Origin: Geosiphon pyriformis uo1
Taxonomy: Eukaryota > Fungi > Glomeromycota
Length of the DNA: 12,511 nucleotides
NCBI GenBank assembly: GCA_016748015.1
Contig: JAAOMT010000255.1
Span: 1 to 12,511 of the forward strand
Direction of reading: 5' to 3'
Position numbers and translations under genes: made by a program. Under the pieces are notes generated by a model that was given only the letters and a program-made list of their open reading frames with translations, was not told the DNA's origin and did no database searches. This document shows, piece by piece, positions 1-8,339 of this stretch (positions within the stretch are counted from its first letter, which is position 1; every line of letters starts with the position of its first letter).

Positions 1-585
1 CTCCCCAGGGCAGGGGGGAGAGAGGGGGCTTGTGTGGTTGGGGCAGTATGGGTAGGTATGGTGGGCAGTAGTGTTGGGTACTAGTGCTGCGGATGGTGGG
101 TTGTTTGTGGGGTAGTATTGGGGCTTGTGTGCTTTGGTAGTATGGGGCATAGAGGTTGGAATCTGGGTAGTCTGGGCTTGTTGTTGTGTGTGGGCCTTTG
201 GCTACATCTGGGGCTTCGGGTGGGCATCTATAGGGCTACATTGGGGTATCTAGAGGGTAGGATTGGTGGTTGTGTGTTGTTTGGGTGGTGGGTGGTGTTT
301 GGGTAGTCTTTGGGGGTAATATCTGGGTGGGATTGGTGGTTGGGGCGATACGGGTGCTTGTGGTAGTCTGTATGCTGGGGCGAAGGCTGGGGGTGCTCCC
401 CCCACCAATGTTACACAGCTTCGGGCCGGAGGCCCTACGCTCCCCTAGTGCAGGAGGCCGGAGGCCACTCCCCTCCCACTCGTTATCGGGGACCTCCGGG
501 GGGCGATGCCCCTCCGTGCAACCCCACTCCCCAAGGCGTAACAGATAGGGAGTGCACTGGGGGGAGGGTGGGTCGACCCCCCCCC
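1..585 (+). repeat. Terminal direct repeat, copy 1 (585 bp); indicates a circular 11,926-bp unit
   Basis: 1-585 matches 11927-12511; the ORF track duplicates with offset 11926 (118/12044, 270/12196). It lacks TG...CA LTR ends and stops at the end of a C9 run. Confidence 0.95.
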
Positions 586-730
586 AAACCCCCTCTTCAA
601 GGGGTATCTGACCGAGTCCCCGGGCTCATAGATCAGATAGTTTAGCCGTTGGGGGGGCCAGGGCCCCCCCCGTACACTCCTGCCCCCCCTCCCCCCCCCG
701 TTTAAGTCCCAGGGGTTAAAAACCCCAAAA
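375..730. promoter_or_regulatory. GC-rich hairpin cluster B, immediately upstream of the + strand gene block
   Basis: GGGCC-GGA-GGCCC 423-435, GGCC-GGA-GGCC 456-466, GGGGC-GAT-GCCCC 501-513, 9-bp stem 651-670, GGGGTT-AAA-AACCCC 712-726. Shares an 18-mer with cluster A. Confidence 0.5.
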
Positions 731-989
731 GGTCAAATACATTTAAATGGATGGTTGATTTGATGATTGGCCCCCATATTTTCTACTTGTTTTGAAGAGC
801 GCTCCTAGATACCGTATGCTCCCCCCCCCCTTGTGTTGTTTTTTGGTCCCCATTTGGTTTTTTGGGGTCCCCATTGGACCCTGGGTACCACCATTGTTTA
901 CACCCCGACCAACCATTTTTGTACCCAGGGACCATTTTGTGGTAAACCTTTGTTGGCCCTGGTGGTCCCCATTGTGACCAACCTTGGTG

Positions 990-2230
990 GTTTGATTGGA
1001 CTTCTTCAGTGGGTAAATACTCATAATAGGGCTCATGCAAGGCTGGCACCTACTAGTCCTTTTGGGTACTCATATGCCTGTATTTGCGTGCTTAAGCAAT
1101 AGCTTGGCCCGGCTCCCTTTGACTTTATAGCGGAGTCCTTTAGAGCCATGGTATACTTTGCAATCAAGAGTACCTTGTCCAGCTGTCCTCCAAGGTCCTT
1201 TTATACATACTTTACCCCCCCTTTTTTTGTCTCCTCAGTAAGAGGCTTTGGCTATCAGGCGCCATACCAACCCCTAGAGTCAAATGCATGGGCATTTCTA
1301 GTTGCTCTACTACTATTTGTAGAATTGGGGCTTGGATACGGAGTTATGTATACAGGACTCTATCTCACGGGGGGTATTGAACAACCATCCTGCGCTTACA
1401 CTGGCCTCAGTATTATTGGACACGCGTAGGATTCTACTAGTCCATGACTTGTGGAGCTGCCGGCCCCTGACATTGGCTTTAAGTAATAGGCTTGCTTTGC
1501 TGGCTCGCTGAAAGGTAATTGGGTGGGCTACAGGTACAGCGACAGCGACTAGCCATATATGGATACTTTCTGATACCCTGAGATATAAGTCCTTTACAAA
1601 TACACTTTACAACTAGTAACTCCCCCTTACTTGCACACAGAATCAATACAATGATTAGATCCTTGGTAAATACAAGAGCCTCCCTTGTACTTAGAGAGTA
1701 CGCTATTGATAGATAGGTATGCAACCATCAAGGAAGGATACCTTATAAGGACTTTAACCATATGCAGGAATACTCAGCTTTGCTTTTGACCTTTAGTAGT
1801 GATAATACCTTATACTGTAAAGCTAATCCTACCAGTTATACCGTGACAACAGGGTTAATATTTAGGCCCTATACTTTGGTGCAAGCCCTTATGCCATAAT
1901 TGATATCTGGTTGAATCCCAATTAGGTAGTTGATGAGTACCCAGTTCAATAGTAACCATCCCCTACAGCCATTTTGGCCTCATGATCCCTACCCTTAAGG
2001 AGTCGAACACTTTGGATAAGGATCCAGAGCTAATGATACCCTTTACTTGACCTGCCAGATCTAAGGGCTAATCTATGGCTTTATACCTAAAGGGATCCAC
2101 GCCCCTGCTTGTAATTAGACAGGTCTCATGGTACCCATGGGACAAGCGATATTGCTATCATTGACCATACACATGATAGATCAAGCGTACTGAGGACCCA
2201 TTTTAAAGCATGTTGGGATACACCATATAC
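990..2230 (+). pseudogene. cob: Cytochrome b-like cryptogene/pseudogene (frameshifted, internal stops; boundaries approximate)
   Basis: Collinear motifs: FG..C..L.Q..G (1061; cf. NFGSLLGxCLxxQxxTG); RSFYTYFTPPFF (1193-1228; cf. RxxHANGASxFF / kinetoplastid RSVHICFTSL); RGFGY (1241); W..LLLF.E..LGY (to 1339); PDIG (1466; cf. PYIG); RLAIYGYFLIP (1546; cf. RFFxxHFILP); YLHTES (1628); YATIKE (1718; cf. YYTIKD); DN-TLYCK-ANP (1801-1830; cf. DNYxxANP); PYAI-a-LIS..IP (1887-1920; cf. YAILRSIP); MGQ (2137). Span is about a normal cob length. Confidence 0.6.
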
Positions 2231-2249
2231 TGTTAATGGTACAACAGGA

Positions 2250-3990
2250 TAGGTATGAGGCCCAGTATAGCTTTAAGAATTATTACTATTGGAGGTACAC
2301 CTTTACATCCCGCACATCCATTATAGTTAGAGTAAGGATTAGGACCCCCCCCCCTAAGTAAAGCCAGTAATAGGTAGTGGCACTCCTGAGTTCCCCCCCC
2401 CCTATTACCTACTGTCCCTAAATATGGATCCCCAATACCCTGATTAGAGATCTCATGGACTGGCCGCGAAGGCGCTGGCGGTACAAAGGTACCATCTTAT
2501 ATTTGGGGACAGTTGGGGTGGTTACGCGCCGTAGTACTGGACTTTGGGGATTATTTTCGGTTTGGGTGTTGGTTTGGTGGGGTCCCCCCACACCCCCCCC
2601 CCAAAACCCCCCCCCCCTGCGAGAGTGTTGGTTGTGATTTGGTATTGGTTCTTTGTATCTGGCGAGTTAATATGACCCGTGTTAAGTGGGAGGGATTGGG
2701 ACCATTATTAGGATTGGTACTTAGGCTTTTTATAAGCTTTGGTGTATTGGTTTGGGTCCCAATGTTAACCCAGTTATCTGCCAAAGTACTAGTGGTCCCA
2801 AAAGTACCCATAGTTTTTGGGGAACACAAAATGGGTACCATGGGGCCTAAATGGATCCTATTGGACTTTGTGTGTTTTGTTAGTTCAGTTGTTTTTGTCA
2901 ATTTTCCCATCCCCCGCCAATTGGGATCTATTGGGTACTTGGTAACCCACTTGGTACTTTATGGACTTTGGTTCTATACAACAGGATTATGGGGATTTGG
3001 TGTATGGTGTGCCACCAGTATTTTACGTACCCTATTTCATATGCGGCTGCGCACGCTTACCATCCCAGATACCTAGATTTTGTCCCCTGCGTACCCTACC
3101 AATCGTTATTTGGTTTTTTATACTTTGTAGCCCTGCCTATAAACACTTGGTATTGGAGGTAGGTAAAGGAGTTCATACAACTTTTGATATTTGTCTTGTG
3201 TGGGTACCATTCGCCATACCCTCATATGGACCCTTATATGTGGGACCTATTTTGGTGTGGGTACTAATGGCCTGGACTGGTTGGTTCAATACACACCACA
3301 ACTCCCCGACTAGACCTGCGGCCCGCGGTAGGTATTGGGTTATTGGTTCCCCTGTATCCAAACCCCCCAGGCCTTACACAGCCTTTAAGTCTCTGTACTA
3401 TATTAGTGGAGAGGATTGGTATGGTGTACTTGGGGGTAAGGTTGTCATTGGTTATGAGGGGCCTTTGGACCCCCACCTTTAACGATTGTCCACTCACGGG
3501 TATGTTGGCTAGGGGTATTTGTCCCTTGTAAATGGTTGATGGTGGCTATTTTGCTTTTTTTGTTTTGTACCAGGTGTTGAGGGACCCTGGGTGGTATTCG
3601 TATTTGGTATGGTTTGTTTGGACCCGGCTATGGTGGACAAAGTAAGGTACTTGGGGGATTGGTTTTGAAACCAATGGTTTTGTTGTAGTAGTCCTGGTAA
3701 GGTTGGTAAAGGGTACCGTACGGGTACAAAGTGTACAAAGGGTATGGAGTAGTAATTGGTCACAAAGTCCCGGGTCCCAATAATGGTCAAGTGGATTTTA
3801 CACCCCCCTTGGACTTTTGTTTACCCTTGGTCCCTTGTGACCCGTTTTTACCCATATTGTTGGTCACATGGGGTTGTAAAGCTAATGCTTAAAAGCTCCA
3901 AGTGTCGGGTGGTGGGAAGGGCCATCACAATAGATACGGTTGGTGGTTCCTTTTATTGGTCCCTGATATGACAATTGGGTACCACACAGG
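2250..3990 (+). pseudogene. nad5: NADH dehydrogenase subunit 5-like cryptogene/pseudogene (boundaries approximate)
   Basis: NMTRVK-WEGLG (2687-2701; cf. GWEGLG); T..SAKV (2768-2788; cf. TKSAQ); VSS (2879; cf. PVSSLVHSST); FHM + AHAY across a frameshift (3035-3060; cf. FHLxTHAF); (G)VPF at 3204-3212, whose Pro lies 155 nt after the His versus ~156 nt expected from human ND5 spacing. Covers hydrophobic ORFs 2513-3076 and 2961-3482. Confidence 0.55.
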
Positions 3991-3999
3991 GGGCGTATA

Positions 4000-5420
4000 G
4001 TATGTGGTTTGAGATTGGGTATGGTTTTGGACCCCACCCCTTTGTTGTAAACCCCCTGTTTGGTAAGGACTTGTGGGATTTGGGTCATGGGAACCCATGG
4101 TGGTGGATTTTTGGTTATTGGAGGGCTCTCCATGGTGGTAATAGACTTGGTTATTGGGTATTGGTTTAGTAGTAGTGGTATTGGTTATTGGTAATGACTT
4201 TAACCCTTTATTTGGTACATATTGGGTACCCTATTTGTTATTGTACCTTTTAGGGACAAAATGGTGGTCCTTGTTGTACAAAATGGTTGGGCCCACCCCC
4301 CCCCCCTTGCCTAGCAAACAGACCTCCACGTCAACAAGCCTGATGAGTAGACACTTCAATTTTACAAGCCTTTTAGAGCACCTGCACTTATACACTGACC
4401 ATCAAAGGAAAACTGGCCCGCCAACTCCTATGCACGCCCTCCACTGGACCTCCAACTATTAGCCCGCCTCAGACAACCTCTTCTGATAGTAGAGCCCCTA
4501 CTCTTAGCAACTGGGTTCGGACACTCCATTTGCCCACCCACTGACCGAACTTGCCTATATATACCCGGGGACAAAACTGCTATTGGCCCTGCCCCCCTCC
4601 AAACTGCCTTGAACCGCCGCGGACCCACACTGCTGCGATCCCTCTACCCTGCCCGTGTCTTTGGGGCCTACTCCTAGATGGTGCATATTCTTGGTTGGTA
4701 ACCCAGTAGTTTACAAATAATCTTTAGACAGAGTCTTCGCATACCCCTTTTATTGGGATTTGGTATGGGACATCACTTTGATATAGGATACCCTGAGGGT
4801 TTGGGTATAAGGCTTTACTTAGTACATACCGAGTTGTAATAACCGAGTACCCTGTGTACTTTGAAGTCTATTATTGGTCCCCTACTTACGGACCCCTAGT
4901 TATAGGGATCCTTGACCCCCCATGATCCGTTGGTACTCTATCTTATGACTTGTGGCCCAAAGCTTATGCGACTCTTCTAGGTATATTGGGCGGTATCCCG
5001 ATACCCCAGTTTACATCTCTTTAATTTGAGTACGTCCTCTTACTTACTGCTTTGTCTGGTAGTGACAAGCCATTAAGCGACTTATGCGGGATATGGAGTA
5101 GCTAAGATAGCTGGGTGTATTGCATTGCTATTGGGCCTCATGGGTAAGTATAGGGGGCCGAGGTGGGTATTAGCAACACCTATTGGCGCGGCCTGCTACT
5201 AATTTAGACTATCCCTACGTGATACCATGTTTTGTCCCTCATATACCCTCCCGCCATAAGGGTCCCTGTGACTTGAGGCCTTTAATCTAAGACTGTACAT
5301 CCCTATAAGTAATGACTATAATAAGTACAATATCCTTTCATACCTATCTTTAATGTAAGAGGATTTGGAACTCTTACTCTAGTAGCTACTCTTGCTACCT
5401 ATGCTATGCCCACTATTTGA
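4000..5420 (+). pseudogene. cox1: Cytochrome c oxidase subunit 1-like cryptogene/pseudogene (boundaries approximate)
   Basis: KDL (4065), IFGYW (4107), LHG (4128), FGTYWVP (4211; cf. FGNWLVP), W..Y..PPL (4414-4446), LATG...TDR(N)L (4504-4553), GNPVVY (4697-4714; cf. GHPEVY), LLGF-GM-GHH (4750-4776; cf. LLGFxVWxHH), RLY (4810), K(V)YYW (4864-4877; cf. KVFSW), ILGG (4983), LGLMG..PR (5131-5163), DYP (5207). All are in canonical order. Confidence 0.65.
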
Positions 5421-5429
5421 AGTGAAGCA

Positions 5430-6190
5430 CCTAATAACCCCTTTAGTAGGACTTGAACTATCCTTACATTAAAGCCTTTACAATTAGTTCCCTGAGGACT
5501 TTTACTAGTGAGGCTTTATAAGAAGACCCTTGTAGCCATTGCCCTATGAGCCCCCAAATAATGTGCGATAACTGGAGACTTATAAATGTTCCATTTTACT
5601 GAGGCTATTGAGGTACTACTTTGGTACCTTCTGAGTATGGTACATTTTAGAGAGGATTCGAACCCCCCCCCCCTTATAGGTAAAGCCCTTATTATGGACC
5701 CTGTAGGTAAATGAACAAAGTCCTCTCCCCTAGGATCCCCTTAATGCCAGGCCCGTAAGGAATTTATAAATCCTATCAATATAATCAATAAAGATAATCC
5801 TCAATCTCATCCTCAATCAACCAATTACCCCCCCCCCTGTTCCTGATAGGGATCCACACCTAAAGATGACTATTGTTAACTGTCCCATGGGAGCCTGCCT
5901 GTAGAAATGGCTGTCAACTGGTATCTACCCCATACCCTTTGCTCTACCTGAACATACCCTATATGGACTATAAGTGCTTCCCAGTAGTGCAAAGGGCACC
6001 AGGGACTTGGCTCATCCTCTCATATTTGGGATCTCACCATCCAAGACTTAAGAGCTTTCTTGCTGGCCCTCTTTACAAGGACTCGGCTCTACTATTATGG
6101 CTCTATGCCCAGTTTGTTGTAAACATTGTTGAGGTGTATTACCTTTGGATCCTTTGGTTTTGGTCATACCTATTATGAGGTGGGTTGGGG
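5430..6190 (+). pseudogene. cox3: Cytochrome c oxidase subunit 3-like cryptogene/pseudogene (C-terminal part in ORF 5873-6178)
   Basis: WR(D) 5573; Glu followed by poly-C 5663-5673 where SExFFF is expected; INP 5766; DY..P (5966-5983) to G.H (6029-6037) with spacing 0/1/5/21/23 versus 0/1/5/22/24 for EY..P..GFH; YAQFV..VEV..W near the end (cf. YWHFVDVVW). Length ~760 nt fits. Confidence 0.45.
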
Positions 6191-6339
6191 GTTTGTAACT
6201 GTAGACCCCTTACACCCCCCCCTACTTCTACCTATCCCCTTAGTTTGGTTATACTTTGCTCCCTGGGTTTGGAGTATTGGTACTGGTTATAAGTAGTACT
6301 GTTACACAGGACCCATGACTGTCCCTACCAAATTGATTC

Positions 6340-6740
6340 TGTACGCACTTTATCCTTGGTTTTGGTATGGTATGCAACCCCCTAAGCAAAACCTTTAATG
6401 GGATGGGTGGGTTTGGGCTTTAGTAATGGAGTAGTTCGGGGGAGGGGGAGAAGGGCGAGGAGGGGTGTATTTGATCCCCTGTTTAGTACTACCCATTTAA
6501 TGGTTGTGATGGCTACTAAATCTACTGCCATTGCTTTAAGGCTTGCATTTGATTGTACGAGCTGGGTTTGGGTACGGGCCTTGTTTTTGTCCTTCTCAAC
6601 CCCCCCCCCTACCCAGTACTCATTGGGATCCCATACCACTTTACCCTACAAACCTTTTTGTATACCTTGGGATCCCGTGGGGACACCTTGGGTAAGGATT
6701 GGGGTTTTGTAGAAATGGTTAGGATCAGTGATGGAGACCC
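6340..6740 (+). pseudogene. Alternative reading: nad3-like remnant (conflicts with the 5' half of the cox2 call)
   Basis: ORF 6398 gives GVFDP (6464-6478) ... AIAL.LAFD (to 6553), then Glu; Asp-to-Asp spacing is 26 versus 24 in CGFDP...FLLFDLE; GFVE/W at ~6703-6718. Confidence 0.25.
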
Positions 6741-7010
6741 AGGGTTTGGTCCCTTTGTTGGATATCTTTTTTTTTTGATCCCGATTTGGGATATTAAAGT
6801 AATGGTTGGTTGGGCACCCATAACTCTTGACAGTCAAGGATTACCAGACTTACGTTTTTATGGTGGTTGTTCCAATACCATCCAAGTCTTTGATAGGGAT
6901 CCTGGGTTGACCTGACAGTCTTGATTTACACCCCAGGTATCAATCTTACACATTTCATGAGGGTACGTTTAGTAAGGTAGTACTATTGGAGGTTTTGGTA
7001 AATAAAGTTA
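6390..7010 (+). pseudogene. cox2: Cytochrome c oxidase subunit 2-like cryptogene/pseudogene (3' half best supported)
   Basis: VLIGIP..TLQTFLY (6616; cf. VLIALPSLRILY); P..(LG)IKV(D) (6781-6801; cf. PxLGxKxD); FYGGCS (6856-6873; cf. YYGQCS), with Cys 24 codons after Lys versus 25 expected; HFM (6951); VVLLEV (6977). The CuA ligands E-x-C are not seen in frame. Confidence 0.5.
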
Positions 7011-8316
7011 TTGATTACCCTGTATGCCTCCTCCCTTGGGGACTGGGGATAAAATTCAGGGATCGATGGATTGGTCCCATATGGTTTTGGTTTGGTTGGG
7101 TGGTGGGATTTTTAGGGATTTTTGTTGGATTTGGAATATCTTGGGCTATGGGGTTATAGGGGACAAACCAGCTGGTGTAATCAAGTAGTACTCTTGCAGG
7201 GACGTGGAGGGGATGGAGGGGATCTATTTGATAGGGTTTTATGCCCCCCCCCCTAGCCATACCACCCCCCCCCTATCCTGTGCCACGACAATGGTCTGTT
7301 ATTGCCAATACCTATCTTTGCTTGGGTCCTCATAATGATCGCCGCTAGGTACTTTGATTTGGCTATTGACCTTAATTTAGGTCTAGGAGGGCATCAGTAT
7401 TGGATCCCTGTAGCCGTCTTATGGATGGGTACTATAAGTGGGGGACCCTTATACTATTTTGTTTTTCAAAACCAAAACCAAACCAAAACCCTTTATGAGA
7501 AATAGCGGTCATAGGAGGGCCATGAGGGCTATTATGTTGTAAGCAGGTCGGATGGGGACTCAGAATCCTTGGTTACTTGGTGGTTGGATTTGGTTTGGGT
7601 GGATATGGGTATTTTTGGCGCACATCTAGTAGGAGTTTGTAGGTGACAGCTTTGTATCCTGAGATGGAGATAGCCGCTCTATGTGGTTTGGTAAGTATTT
7701 GATTTGGTTTACTTATGGGTGGCTTTGGGATATTCAAGTCCAAGACGTTGTGTAGATTTAAGGTAGACCCCCATATCAACCATGACACACCCCTGATTTG
7801 GTTTTACCTATCTAACGCTCCCTTTGCCCATTTAGGCGCTGTGGACGATTACTTGGGAGGGCTCCTTACACTATAGGTATTTTGTTTTAGCTTTAAGGTT
7901 CCTTATGGATACATATGGGGAGATTGTAGGCAATAGACAAGATACCCTAACCACCATAGCAAAGGTACCTTGGTTTTGGATTTTGGGGATAAAGCTGTTT
8001 GGAGTATTTTCAGTAAGCACATCCACTCATTCTTGTATCTCTGTAGTCAAGTATCCCCAGAGGGCGTAATACAACTGGTATTTGCAGGAGTGTAAAGGGA
8101 TAATACTTTAGTATACTTCCAATTATTGGATAAGTTTGGTATGGAGATATGGTATTTAGGGCTTATTAATGGGATAGGTATTGTGGACTTGGACCCCCAC
8201 CCCCTGGGATCCTTATACACTTGGCTTGTTGGTAATATGGCTACTGGGTAGTCATGGTCACCTTATGGATTCCGAATCCCTCTGGAGACTATTGCGTATT
8301 CCTGTTGGTCCCCAAA
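7010..8316 (+). pseudogene. nad4: NADH dehydrogenase subunit 4-like cryptogene/pseudogene (boundaries approximate)
   Basis: YFDLAI (7350; cf. FFExxLIP); GGHQY (cf. WGxQ); TISGGPL (cf. TLxGSLPL); KT(P)LY ~7485; A(H)..V(E)A ~7519-7544; LGGYGYFWR (7595-7621; cf. KLGGYGxxR); C..KVD (7751-7768; cf. CLRQxD); AHLG (7826-7837; cf. SHMG). Order is collinear and length ~1.3 kb. Confidence 0.5.
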
Positions 8317-8339
8317 CCCCCCCACCCCCCCCCCCCCAG

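Noticed and set aside
2025-2145. cob N-terminal-like AN..GLIYG..VPMGQ
   Set aside because: The corresponding cob segment is already placed at 1190-1420; this GQ fits the C-terminal IGQ position by spacing.
4340-4412. Hammerhead core CTGATGAG
   Set aside because: No stem II followed by GAAA at a suitable distance, and no stems I/III.
4750-4790. Pure kinetoplastid-type U insertion/deletion editing as the decoding rule
   Set aside because: T-stripped comparison at cox1 WxHHM and cob YAILRSIP did not recover the consensus; non-U bases would also have to change.
5144-5207. Spliceosomal-intron-like GTAAGT...CTAAT-TTAG (64 nt)
   Set aside because: Splicing it out removes the cox1-like G..PR motif and yields no long ORF; such signals are common in TA-rich sequence. 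It would matter only if the molecule proved nuclear.
5635-5715. tRNA T-arm GGTTCGAATCC on the minus strand followed by ACCA
   Set aside because: No convincing acceptor, D or anticodon stems could be built.
6960-8070. A second apparent cox1 motif chain (IGGFG 6985, PIFAW 7311, DGDSRS 7663, HDT 7781, GAV, IPR)
   Set aside because: Spacing is inconsistent, and the region is better explained by cox2/nad4 while 4000-5420 fits cox1 better. Recorded as a warning that by-eye motif chains can arise by chance in this composition.
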